Shown here piece by piece: positions 54,065 to 63,783 of a stretch of DNA of 64,000 nucleotides (the first letter of the stretch is position 1; each line of letters starts with the position of its first letter). The stretch is from the IMG/VR virus record IMGVR_UViG_3300036823_000120, positions 30,583 to 94,582 of that record, one strand, 5' to 3'. The position numbers and the translations under genes were made by a program. Origin of the DNA: a virus. Below the pieces are notes generated by a model. That model was not told where the DNA came from, did not search any database, and saw nothing but the letters and a program-made list of their open reading frames with translations.

Positions 54065-55729
54065 CTAACCAGCAATATCTGTGTTGAGACCTATACCTAA
54101 GCTTAGTGGAAGTGCGATCTCCGCATAGTTGTTTGCATGACTGTAATGATCGGCTAGACTCCCATTAAGATAACGAACGATTGGATTATCATTCTTGTCT
54201 TTCAAAGGAACTCTCATGGAAGCCTTAATTTGAAGCTTGAAATCTTCACGAGTATCTATTGGTAAAGATATAGTTCCACGCTTAAAGCGACCCAAACTTA
54301 AGTCAAGCCAAGAAGTTCTATCAACCTTAATCATTAGATCATTATCATTTGGAGTTAAAGCGCGACTACTTAATCCTGTAACATATTTGCAAAGTCTAAC
54401 ATGACCATAATGTCTGTTTGCAAATTGTAAAGCTTCACGTCCATCAGGTTCAGAATCTACCACACAATATTTAACAAAAAAATCATGCATTAAAGCATCT
54501 AAATCATTAAATCCAGATACTTCACCATGATACAAGTTTCTTGCTTTTGCGTAACTATTTACGTCGTTACCTGCTCGACCATATAGATGCCACTCGTTAA
54601 TAACAACATGTAGAACTTTACCAACATCTACACCCATTGTAATTAAGCCGGTATTTGCGTAATCTATCATACGATGAGAACCAATACATGATTGTATCAT
54701 CTCATCAGTAACTCTTGCACCTTTAGGTGTATGAGTTAATCCCATATTTGAGTTGTAGAATTCTTGTTCTGCAAACTCATTCTTTAAGCTACGAAAATAT
54801 GCAATTGCTTGCACCACTGGATGCAAATGCATTGCATATAACTGATTAATATAAAAGCCACGAACATTATTTCCTGGATGATGACTACGCCACTTTCCAT
54901 CTTTAAGGAAACCTAATTTACTTTCATGTGGAAGTTTTGCTTTGCATTCATAACAAATTAAGTGTGTTTCTTCTTTACGTGGATCATTCTCATTGTCACC
55001 ACAAATGACTAGACTTTCGGGATATTTTAACTCAATCCATTTACTACAAAATGGACACTTAAATTCAAAATGATCTTGTGTTGATTTACTATAATAATCA
55101 TTAATACCGTGGCCAGGAATAGTAGGTGTGCTTATCATCCAATCATATCGTTCAATTTGACCGGATAGACGTTGCAGAGCCAAAGGCACATTATCTTGAT
55201 TCATCTCATCAAGCTCATCAAGTACGATAAGCCCAACTGGAATAGATTTTAATTGTGCTCTACTATTTGAACCACGAATATACATATTAGCATAGCCGGC
55301 ACGCTTATGGCCAACATTTTTTACATCTGAAAATAAGTCCTGGAGATGTGGACTTAAATCCAGAGCTTTATCAAATCGAGCCGCACTAAAGTCAGTCGCA
55401 TCAGGTCGGATGTTAGGGAGAACATATAATACGTCCATTTTCCTAACATCAATAAAATAAAAACAGATATTCATCATAGCTTCGGTATAGCCCATTTGAG
55501 CAGCTTTTTGACCGACATTACTAGAATATCTCGTATCATGCATATCCTTTAGCCAGGGATGATGGTCAAAGTTCCACCGGCCCGGATACGGATGGCTCAT
55601 CATACGGTATTTGCACGCCCATCGGCTTGCGTCCGTCACTGACTTGCGACTGATTCCTAATCTGATTCTCTCCGCTAGCGATTCCGACAATGACTGCATA
55701 TAGCTCTTCTCCGGCTGCCAGCAAGTCAT
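54065..55729 (-). CDS. terL: terminase large subunit (lambda GpA-like)
   Basis: KAAQMGYTE, VLDELD, ISTPT, CPFC/CYEC, MGVDVG, DHYSHA. The start is probably the second Met (MQSL). Confidence 0.92.
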   Translation of the reverse strand: MTCWQPEKSYMQSLSESLAERIRLGISRKSVTDASRWACKYRMMSHPYPGRWNFDHHPWLKDMHDTRYSSNVGQKAAQMGYTEAMMNICFYFIDVRKMDVLYVLPNIRPDATDFSAARFDKALDLSPHLQDLFSDVKNVGHKRAGYANMYIRGSNSRAQLKSIPVGLIVLDELDEMNQDNVPLALQRLSGQIERYDWMISTPTIPGHGINDYYSKSTQDHFEFKCPFCSKWIELKYPESLVICGDNENDPRKEETHLICYECKAKLPHESKLGFLKDGKWRSHHPGNNVRGFYINQLYAMHLHPVVQAIAYFRSLKNEFAEQEFYNSNMGLTHTPKGARVTDEMIQSCIGSHRMIDYANTGLITMGVDVGKVLHVVINEWHLYGRAGNDVNSYAKARNLYHGEVSGFNDLDALMHDFFVKYCVVDSEPDGREALQFANRHYGHVRLCKYVTGLSSRALTPNDNDLMIKVDRTSWLDLSLGRFKRGTISLPIDTREDFKLQIKASMRVPLKDKNDNPIVRYLNGSLADHYSHANNYAEIALPLSLGIGLNTDIAG

Positions 55730-56201
55730 CTGGATCTTTGATGTAGTTGCTTATAACATTAACAACTGCATCAGCGATGTTGAAAACTTCTGTTTTACTT
55801 AAAAGCTCTTTATTACGTTCCTCAATTTTTTGACAAGTTTCAACTAGACCTTTTAAGTCTCTTGCAACACTTTGAATCTTGTCTGCAAAAATTGGAAATT
55901 GTATTGGTGTTTTAATTTGATTAATAACACTTTCCATAACCATACGAAGAATACCAATCTCACCACGCAAACTCTTAATATGTGAAGAACCTGCCAATTC
56001 ATCAACTCTATTTTGCCAATCTACTAATTGAAGTCTGTAATCATGTATAGATTTCTTACGGTGAGCTTGTTGTGCATTATTTCCACCGTGCATTTGACAA
56101 TATTCCGAATGTTCAACACGCTTATAAGGGCATTGACCATGTGCGAAAATAGACTGACACTGAAGAGGATCACCTTCTTCAACACGTTCCATCTTAGCCA
56201 T
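55566..56201 (-). CDS. putative terminase small subunit
   Basis: Directly upstream of terL. N-terminal C..C..CQMHGG motif. Confidence 0.65.
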   Translation of the reverse strand: MAKMERVEEGDPLQCQSIFAHGQCPYKRVEHSEYCQMHGGNNAQQAHRKKSIHDYRLQLVDWQNRVDELAGSSHIKSLRGEIGILRMVMESVINQIKTPIQFPIFADKIQSVARDLKGLVETCQKIEERNKELLSKTEVFNIADAVVNVISNYIKDPDDLLAAGEELYAVIVGIASGENQIRNQSQVSDGRKPMGVQIPYDEPSVSGPVEL

Positions 56202-56235
56202 GATTTTTATCCTTATAAGCGTATTAAGTTAAAAT

Positions 56236-57021
56236 TTACTTTTTCTCAGGAGCAGGAACAGACCCGCCTGGAATGACTGGTTGTGGACTAGGCTTCGGAA
56301 CTTGTGGTGGCACTGTAGTACCAGGAGTTCCACTCACGCCAGGAGCATTAGTTACAGGAGAGCCTGATTGACTGGACGGAGAGCCAGCTATTGGAATCTT
56401 ATTTTCACTATCAGCAGTGTTTGCTTGTAACTGCGGACTCTTACTAGACTGAGGAACACTTGTATGCTTTTCAGGTACATGTCCAGTTGGTTGTTGCATT
56501 TTATCAGATGGTTGACTTTGGGCACCACTTGCCTGACTTTCTGATAACGTTCGACTTGTAGTAAAAGCTCCCGTTCCAGATGGAATGCCAATCTTCCTTT
56601 CTGGAAAAGCACCACCAGTTTCACGAGGTAATGAACGCTTCAGATTTAATCCGAATAATTTCGGATTCTCTTGTTGACTGAGACGTTCAAATAGCTTTTC
56701 CAATACAACTTGTGCAAGTTGTTGTAAAAATGGAACGAGCCAAACTGGAAGTTCACCCTTTAATAGTTCAGGATTAGAGTTTGAAAAATCCAAGAACTTT
56801 TGAACTTCAGGCGGAGCTTGAGCCATTGCATTTGCTATGTGACCTGGAGTATCAGATTGCATAGTATAATGCACATCACCATAAATTTGGAAAAGACCAA
56901 ATCCAACAATGTCATAAGCGCCAAGAGCAGCTTCACCTGTGATACCAGTTCCACCAAAAAGCATCTTTGTTAAAGCAGAAATTCCTTGTTGAGGAAATTC
57001 TGTTGGGAAAGAACCTGCCAT
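56236..57021 (-). CDS. hypothetical protein with Pro/Ser-rich disordered C-terminus
   Basis: GGAG RBS before MAGSFP. Confidence 0.7.
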   Translation of the reverse strand: MAGSFPTEFPQQGISALTKMLFGGTGITGEAALGAYDIVGFGLFQIYGDVHYTMQSDTPGHIANAMAQAPPEVQKFLDFSNSNPELLKGELPVWLVPFLQQLAQVVLEKLFERLSQQENPKLFGLNLKRSLPRETGGAFPERKIGIPSGTGAFTTSRTLSESQASGAQSQPSDKMQQPTGHVPEKHTSVPQSSKSPQLQANTADSENKIPIAGSPSSQSGSPVTNAPGVSGTPGTTVPPQVPKPSPQPVIPGGSVPAPEKK

Positions 57022-57034
57022 TTCTGTTCTCCAT

Positions 57035-57649
57035 TTAGTGAATAGATGTGGCGGGTTTTGGACCTTGATACTGGTATCGCCACTCACCAGCATTACAGTT
57101 AGGGCATGTGTGACTACCACCTGGATAGTGTGCCCAAACTTCTCCACAAACACCACACTCATGTTTGTGCATACCAGGCAAAATTGCTATAGCTTGCTTA
57201 TTTTGCTTAGGAACTAATTCTCTTGTTGGATAAATTACTTCTGGTTCTTTTATTATCTGTTTAATGCCAAGTAACTCTTCTTCGATACTTAATCGAGTAA
57301 GACCTTTGCCATACTTTGTAAGAATACGATCTTTCACTTTCTCGTCATTAAGCATTGAAGCATCAAAAACTTCTTGAAGAATTTTACCTTTACCAATTAA
57401 TAAGCCTGCTTTAACTCCAGGAAGTTCTTTAACATAAGTATTACGTTGATTTTTAAGTTTTTCAAAAAGTTCAATATCACTATAACCAACCCAAACGAAA
57501 AGTAATTCATCATCTTTTGTCGTAGCCAAATCCTTACTATAGTTAGCAGTAACACGTAACGTGTGCCACTGAACTATAGTCTCTGGACTTTGAGCATGTA
57601 TCACGTTTGTAAAAACAAATGTCATTATAAGTGATATTAAGCTTTTCAT
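57035..57649 (-). CDS. secreted protein with C-terminal zinc ribbon
   Basis: Signal peptide ending IHA. HKHECGVC..WAH...HTCPNC. Confidence 0.7.
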   Translation of the reverse strand: MKSLISLIMTFVFTNVIHAQSPETIVQWHTLRVTANYSKDLATTKDDELLFVWVGYSDIELFEKLKNQRNTYVKELPGVKAGLLIGKGKILQEVFDASMLNDEKVKDRILTKYGKGLTRLSIEEELLGIKQIIKEPEVIYPTRELVPKQNKQAIAILPGMHKHECGVCGEVWAHYPGGSHTCPNCNAGEWRYQYQGPKPATSIH

Positions 57650-57673
57650 ATAGTAACTCCATCGGGGACATTT

Positions 57674-60133
57674 TTATATAACAATTCCAAGTGCAATTGC
57701 TTCAGTAATAGTCCTATTTGATGTAGTCAAACCATCATTATAATTCATTAATAATATTTGATTAAGACCACCATTAAATGTACAATTAGAAAGTAGAATT
57801 GTATCTGTATTTGATGCACCAGTTATAAGCGAAATTAATGAGCCAGTTCCTGTTATAGTACAATTTGTCATCGTAAAATTAAATGTTCCATTTTTAGACC
57901 AAACTGCACCACCTGAAAATCCAAAATTACTGATATCTATTGAGCCACCGACTATATTCAATTCTGCTTGAAGTAATCCAGGACTACCTGTACCATAACC
58001 AGAGTTATATGTCACAGTACAATTAGTAAGTGTTAGATCACCTAAATAAGATGTACTCCAAGGTGTTAGAAACGTACATCCAGTTGCTTTTGAACCATTA
58101 GATGCACCTATTATATATTGACAAATCGAATCGTCGAATGAAAATTCTTCGTCATTGTTAAGCTGTTCATTTACCACTCCACATAAATCACAATTAGTAA
58201 ATATTGTACAGAATGCCGGGAGCGTGCGGCCGGCGAGACTATGCTGATACCACGATTGGATTCCAATGAAAGACGATGCCTCTTGACCAGATGATTGAGC
58301 CGAATGATTAATTACATTGTCGAATACACTGAAAATTCGACATTGCGTATCTGTTATTGCTGTATATGCAACTAATGTAATAGCACCACCACCCGTCCAC
58401 ATTCGTTCATGTGTTGTGTCAAACTCAAACTGAGCACCTGCTATATCGTTACCAACAAGACCACTGCTGTGATAGCATCCTTGCAAATGAATAACGTTAT
58501 CTGCTACAGATAAATTATTAAGTGCAATAGAGCGAACGTATTGTGGTGGAGTTGAGGAGCCGTCTGTATAAATACAGATTGGCCCTGCTTCAATAGTGAG
58601 ATTTTTAACTAGTGTAGTTCCAGCAGCAACTACGCCTGAACCAGTACCATTTGGTCCTTCCAATACAGTTGATACACGACGTATCATACCATCTGAGTTT
58701 GGATCGCTACCACTAAATGTTGAGAAATAGAATCCACTTCCATCCGCATAGCATGCCCCTGGTATTGTATTAAGAGCTGAAATAACCGCGGCTAGATTCG
58801 CTCCAAATTGCGGATTCATTAATCGTGTATTTTCATACCCAATTACGCCGCAATTTGGAATAGCTTCACCTACAAGACCTCCATAAGTCGATCCTAAAAT
58901 CTGCCAGACATTTGGATAACTTCCTGCGTTAGGTTGTGTAAAACTATTACCAATATCTCTCATAATGGTAAGCGACCCGCCGGAAGCACCTCGCAATGTA
59001 ATTCCATAAGCTTGTTCCAACATGATGCGTGAACCACAATATAGATTTGGCTCACGTATCTCGATCACATTTCCAGTTGTATTCCTATTTCCAGCGCGAT
59101 AAGCATCTCGCCATATTATAGCATCATCTCTTGTAGACAATGTAGATAGATCGGCTGATGCTCCCGCGCTATCAACCCAGCCTCTATAGTCGCCCAGGAC
59201 GATTCCACGGCTGAGACCTGTCACAAGATCATCGGCCGTTGGAAAATGTTGCCCTGTTCCAACTCCCCAAATATAGTTATCATTTGCAGGTAAAATAATG
59301 TCATTTGGATATAGACTCGCTGTTTCAATATCCGGACATGAATACAGACTCAAACCTCCAACTGTACCATACCAAGGATCAATTGAAACTATGTCTCCAT
59401 AGACAGCTTGTAAATTCAAATGAACTGGTCGTAAGTCAAAAGCTACAGATAATTGCGTGCCAAGTTGTGTTAGTCCAGTATCATTTAGTAACTTATAATA
59501 TACACGTTCCAAGAAGTTACCACCAATATATTGCCAAGCGAGTTGGAAATATATCCATTGATTTATATTTCCTGCTACAGTTTCACCACTAATACCGACG
59601 CCACTGTCCCATTTAGCTAAAGTAAGACCAGGTAATCCAAATGTTGTTTGCTTTACTGCGAATCCAAATAAAGGAGCAGTTGGATTTATTGAAAATCCAA
59701 TCATTCTTGCTACATTACTATATGCTCCTGCTGTTGTCCCAGCAATTTTAATTGTCCCACACGCCATGCCACATGCTCCGAGAGCAGACGTAGGGACAAT
59801 GTCCTTTGCACCTAAAAATACAGTCCCGCTACCAGGAGTAGGATTTCTAGGTACTCGCATAGACCAGCCTGGTGATTGAAAAGCTGGATCATTTATGTCA
59901 GTTCCAAATCGCGGACCGATCTTGTCGCTATACCCTGCACCTGTAACTGAACTAAAGTTAGATGGCGAATCACTATTGATAGTAGCTGTTGATGCAAATC
60001 CAGCTCGCCAAACTAAAGTTTGACCAGCAGTAGGAGAAGGTACAGATATTGTCTTACCGCTAAGAGATAAGCCCACATTATAAGCAGATTTGTAACCATT
60101 ATTAGCTTTATAAGACATTACATGATACCCCAA
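57674..60133 (-). CDS. putative receptor-binding / tail-spike protein (beta-helix-like C-terminus)
   Basis: 819 aa, Gly/Ser/Thr-rich, with repeated FTNC, LTNCT, MTNCT, LSNCT turns. Confidence 0.6.
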   Translation of the reverse strand: MGYHVMSYKANNGYKSAYNVGLSLSGKTISVPSPTAGQTLVWRAGFASTATINSDSPSNFSSVTGAGYSDKIGPRFGTDINDPAFQSPGWSMRVPRNPTPGSGTVFLGAKDIVPTSALGACGMACGTIKIAGTTAGAYSNVARMIGFSINPTAPLFGFAVKQTTFGLPGLTLAKWDSGVGISGETVAGNINQWIYFQLAWQYIGGNFLERVYYKLLNDTGLTQLGTQLSVAFDLRPVHLNLQAVYGDIVSIDPWYGTVGGLSLYSCPDIETASLYPNDIILPANDNYIWGVGTGQHFPTADDLVTGLSRGIVLGDYRGWVDSAGASADLSTLSTRDDAIIWRDAYRAGNRNTTGNVIEIREPNLYCGSRIMLEQAYGITLRGASGGSLTIMRDIGNSFTQPNAGSYPNVWQILGSTYGGLVGEAIPNCGVIGYENTRLMNPQFGANLAAVISALNTIPGACYADGSGFYFSTFSGSDPNSDGMIRRVSTVLEGPNGTGSGVVAAGTTLVKNLTIEAGPICIYTDGSSTPPQYVRSIALNNLSVADNVIHLQGCYHSSGLVGNDIAGAQFEFDTTHERMWTGGGAITLVAYTAITDTQCRIFSVFDNVINHSAQSSGQEASSFIGIQSWYQHSLAGRTLPAFCTIFTNCDLCGVVNEQLNNDEEFSFDDSICQYIIGASNGSKATGCTFLTPWSTSYLGDLTLTNCTVTYNSGYGTGSPGLLQAELNIVGGSIDISNFGFSGGAVWSKNGTFNFTMTNCTITGTGSLISLITGASNTDTILLSNCTFNGGLNQILLMNYNDGLTTSNRTITEAIALGIVI

Positions 60134-60390
60134 TAAATTATTGGATTATCGGAAATATCAAGAATACTTATATCAGAAGCAAATTCAATTGCTTCACCGC
60201 GAAATTCAATTGACTCACCTGCATTTAAGTAACCATCAGCTTTTCCAGAAGCAACTAAATCCTTCTTTTCAAGTCTAAAAAGCACTTTTGCAGTATCTGC
60301 TGCATCATTAATACGAATTACAAGCTTTGAAAAGCCAAGTTTTATTGCAGGTAATCGTGTTGCAACACCACCACATTGAAATTGTGGCAT
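60118..60390 (-). CDS. small virion-associated hypothetical protein
   Basis: AGGAG RBS, 90 aa. Confidence 0.65.
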   Translation of the reverse strand: MPQFQCGGVATRLPAIKLGFSKLVIRINDAADTAKVLFRLEKKDLVASGKADGYLNAGESIEFRGEAIEFASDISILDISDNPIIYWGIM

Positions 60391-60522
60391 GTCAACTCCT
60401 AAATTTGTGGACCACTATTCCACCAAGGTGGGCATGGTACTACTTTAAAAGCAACAAGAATAATATAAATTAAAATTCCACCAAGAATTACCTAAATAAT
60501 CTGAGCAAAACGACCACATTGC

Positions 60523-60768
60523 TTACTCCTCAAGGTGATCGGCTATTGTTGACATAATTGAGTCTTTAATTGGGTAGTAACCGTCACCATTTTGTTCTTT
60601 ACGTACCCAATCGCCCACTTCAAGATATACTCGTTGATAATGGGCAGTTGTCACAAAAGCTTTTCCATCTGAGTCAATCTCAACGCCTTCTGGAGCAGTT
60701 AAGTTTGACATAAATTGAAAAGCTTCAAACTTTTCGGGTTTCTTCATGAACCATGCCATTTGTTTCAA
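60523..60768 (-). CDS. hypothetical protein (YopX/DUF-like phage protein)
   Basis: KKPEKFEAFQ...VGDWV...YYPIK. Confidence 0.65.
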   Translation of the reverse strand: MKQMAWFMKKPEKFEAFQFMSNLTAPEGVEIDSDGKAFVTTAHYQRVYLEVGDWVRKEQNGDGYYPIKDSIMSTIADHLEE

Positions 60769-60955
60769 CTTTCCTATAACCGAGTGAGTGGGCTATTTTT
60801 AAAATATCTCTACAAGTTGGTGACTTAGCACCACTATGTATAAATTTGCCCATTGCAAGAATAAAAGCTAATTCCTCGTCCGTATAATTTTGGTAAGTAT
60901 GGTCCATACGTAAATTCCAAAGGCCAGAATTTCCTTTTGTATTACGTTTTGGCAT
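60725..60955 (-). CDS. small conserved hypothetical protein
   Basis: YTDEELAFILAM...PTCRDILKIAHSLGYRK. Confidence 0.65.
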   Translation of the reverse strand: MPKRNTKGNSGLWNLRMDHTYQNYTDEELAFILAMGKFIHSGAKSPTCRDILKIAHSLGYRKVETNGMVHEETRKV

Positions 60956-61142
60956 AATTATCTTGTGTTGGTTTCTTTTTACTACCATTACATGTTGGAC
61001 AGACAATAATCTTGTCGTCTAAGCCAATGAATCCATTGCCATTGCAAGTTGGACATTCATCTTTAGGGGGTTGATCGTGTTCACTACTAAGTAATTTCAT
61101 AACAGATGTTTTAACATTATCAATTGACATTAGTGTGCCCAA
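60942..61142 (-). CDS. DnaJ-type zinc-finger mini-protein
   Basis: CPTCNGNG...CPTCNGS. Confidence 0.65.
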   Translation of the reverse strand: MGTLMSIDNVKTSVMKLLSSEHDQPPKDECPTCNGNGFIGLDDKIIVCPTCNGSKKKPTQDNYAKT

Positions 61143-62122
61143 GTAAGCAAGTTCTGGGCGGGATACCCATTAAAAGCTGACGGACAAAAAGAATCACCTT
61201 GACCAAGCATAGAGTCAACGACTTTTGCGTCAACCCAAAAAGTATTTGATGGTTGTTCTTTATACACTGGACCAGTAGGTGTATTCAATCCCCAATTTTG
61301 ATGACAAAGCAATCCTGGTCGGTCCCAACGAATTGAACTGAACATCATACAGTGATTCCACGTACCACTTGCAGAACAGAAACCCTGATTGTCCCGAGTC
61401 ATGGTGAAACCACGATTACTACAAACTGGAATCACGTATCCACTTTGACAAAGCTTTGCAGCATCAGCAAATGTTGTAACTTTACTAACATTTTTAATAG
61501 TGTGTTGACGAGCAAAGTCTTCAAGATTAGTTGGTAAGCCATTGGCTCCCCAACTCTTGGCACGCTTCGAATCATAAGTTCCACCGAGACCGCGATTGGC
61601 TAGTTCTTGCCACGATATTGTACCAAAGTCTGTAACTGCTTTTGCGGCCCACGCTCCAACCGATCCATCTGACGTACTACCACGTTGACCACCAACTTCT
61701 ACTCGTGATAAGCCATAAATAGCTTCACAACTTGCTTCTTCGAATTCTTCAAGAAGTGTTGACTTACGTTCTTGAACGTCCTTGTTGTCCATTTGCATAG
61801 TCGGACCGAATTCACTCTTTAACTGCATATATATCTGAACTACAGCAGTATAATCAACTCCACGTTTCCAGCCATGTCCGACACAATCACCGATAAGTTG
61901 TGGGCCTGGATATTCATTGCGTCCAGTTACTTGCTTAAAGTAAGTATATGTCAATACTTCTGTCTGTTCATCGCCTTCTGGCACACCTGCATCACCTATC
62001 ATTGGCTTTGGCAATTGTGCGACGATTTTTTCAACTTCATGTGGAGCATCAATCCACCCAAAGTTTTTTGGATCACTTGGATTCTGCTCAAGATACGTTT
62101 TCGGATGCATATTTTGAATCAT
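61130..62122 (-). CDS. papain-like (C1-like) cysteine peptidase
   Basis: QLIGDCVGHG (Gln/Cys), WNHCM (His), QNWG (Asn). Confidence 0.85.
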   Translation of the reverse strand: MIQNMHPKTYLEQNPSDPKNFGWIDAPHEVEKIVAQLPKPMIGDAGVPEGDEQTEVLTYTYFKQVTGRNEYPGPQLIGDCVGHGWKRGVDYTAVVQIYMQLKSEFGPTMQMDNKDVQERKSTLLEEFEEASCEAIYGLSRVEVGGQRGSTSDGSVGAWAAKAVTDFGTISWQELANRGLGGTYDSKRAKSWGANGLPTNLEDFARQHTIKNVSKVTTFADAAKLCQSGYVIPVCSNRGFTMTRDNQGFCSASGTWNHCMMFSSIRWDRPGLLCHQNWGLNTPTGPVYKEQPSNTFWVDAKVVDSMLGQGDSFCPSAFNGYPAQNLLTWAH

Positions 62123-62442
62123 TTTAAGCTCTTAAGTTTGTTAATGACATCCATTAAAGATATTTGTTTGACTTCACTGCCTATTGCCACTTGAATAATT
62201 GGTCCATCTCTTTTAGAGAATAAAATTGCCAAATCACATATCATATTGGCATCTCTATAGAAACCTAAATACCAATCGCCTTTTTGTGGACCACCCACTT
62301 TATCTTTAATTAGACAGATGGTTGGCTTTGTATGATCATCTGTTTTGACTTCTAACCAAATACCTTTGTCACAACCAAATTGATTTGCATCAACAGATGT
62401 TACTTCTGCAATAAGCTTACCATTCTTGTCAACAAGTTCCAT
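62119..62442 (-). CDS. hypothetical protein
   Basis: GAGG RBS, 107 aa. Confidence 0.7.
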   Translation of the reverse strand: MELVDKNGKLIAEVTSVDANQFGCDKGIWLEVKTDDHTKPTICLIKDKVGGPQKGDWYLGFYRDANMICDLAILFSKRDGPIIQVAIGSEVKQISLMDVINKLKSLK

Positions 62443-62451
62443 AGGAACCTC

Positions 62452-63225
62452 TTATTGTCTATTTTTCTGAATATATTTCAAAGAAGCAATAATATCTTTC
62501 AAACCACTACTCAAAATTGCCTTATCATATTTTGTAAAGTTTTGTCCAGTTCTTTCGACAAGAATCTTAGCAATTTCATCACGAAGTGGACGTAATATTG
62601 TTGAATCTGACTTATCATTTGTTTTCAATGTATCAGCAGTTGAACTTACAAGTACGTCCCATGCCTGCTTATAAGTAGTATAACTACCTGCGTCATTTGC
62701 TTTATCAATTGTCTCAAATACAGAAATATACTTTGGCAAATTTACAGAACTTGGTTGAACCATATAAATTGGATCTAAACGGTCAACAAGAGCAGGCTTT
62801 TGTTCTGGTGTTGGTGTTGGTGTTGGTGTTGGTGTTGGTGTTGGTGTTGGTGTTGGCACTTTAGTTCCATGAATCAAAATTCCATGTGTCGCCGTATAAG
62901 TTTTGTCACCATTATTAATTGCAGCGAAAAAGTAATAAGTTACATCTTGTTCAGTTTTCTTAGGACTGAACAGTATAAGCACCTGATCACTTACATTCTT
63001 AACGGCTTCCCAATTTGTGTTCTCTGGAACACAAAGAACTTTCAAATCTTTACCGTCCGATTGAGTGATTTTTATCCTAAGAAAATCACCTGAATTTCCC
63101 TGTGAATCACCATCGAGCTTCACCTGTGCATCTGCTCCATAGCAGATGAAAAGCATAATAATCAAACTGAGAACACATTTTTTGAAAAGCATTACAAACT
63201 CACTTTTTGTACAACAGTTGTTCAA
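62452..63225 (-). CDS. secreted protein with (PT)n linker
   Basis: Signal peptide ending GADA. (PT)9 linker joins a beta domain to a helical domain. Confidence 0.8.
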   Translation of the reverse strand: MNNCCTKSEFVMLFKKCVLSLIIMLFICYGADAQVKLDGDSQGNSGDFLRIKITQSDGKDLKVLCVPENTNWEAVKNVSDQVLILFSPKKTEQDVTYYFFAAINNGDKTYTATHGILIHGTKVPTPTPTPTPTPTPTPTPEQKPALVDRLDPIYMVQPSSVNLPKYISVFETIDKANDAGSYTTYKQAWDVLVSSTADTLKTNDKSDSTILRPLRDEIAKILVERTGQNFTKYDKAILSSGLKDIIASLKYIQKNRQ

Positions 63226-63252
63226 AAGTCAGCACGCACCACTCCCTATAGG

Positions 63253-63287
63253 TATAACCGCAGTTACGGCCAAAAATCCCAAAATAA
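63253..63287 (-). promoter_or_regulatory. conserved arm-head element, copy 3 (leftward)
   Basis: TATTTTGGGATTTTTGGCCGTAACTGCGGTTATA on the minus strand. Confidence 0.7.
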
Positions 63288-63359
63288 ATTTTGTTGTACA
63301 AAACTTGTGTTTGTTTTACTTTTCAAAATGAAAATATCAAAATAACCCTCCACCTTAGT

Positions 63360-63783
63360 TTTAATATATGTTATTTATCATTTGCTTTTAATATATGTTA
63401 TTTATCATTTGCTTTTAATATATGTTATTTATCATTTGCTTTTATGATTTGCTTTTAATACATGTTACGTGCCACTTGTTATACGTACAGTGTTACTTGC
63501 ATTTGTTATTTGCTTTTATTTCACGATACGTGTCACTTGCTTTTATGACGTGTCACTTGCTTTTATAACATGTTACGTGTCACTTGCATTTATTATTTGC
63601 TTTTATAACGTATTACGTGTCACTTGCATTTATTATTTGCTTTTATAACGTGTCACTTGTTATTTGCTTTTATAACGTGTCACTTGCTTTTATTATTTGC
63701 TTTTATAACATGTCACTTGTTATTTGCTTTTATAACGTGTTACGTGTCACTTGTTATTTGCTTTTATAACGTGTCACTTGCAT
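63360..63783. repeat. degenerate ~27-bp tandem array
   Basis: atatatgttatttatcatttgctttta x3, then repeated acgtgtcacttg and atttgcttttata modules. Confidence 0.9.

Noticed and set aside
57674-60133. Diversity-generating retroelement target
   Set aside because: No reverse transcriptase and no template/variable repeat pair were seen.
62800-63093. WCWCWC protein on the plus strand
   Set aside because: It is the antisense reading of the (PT)n linker.
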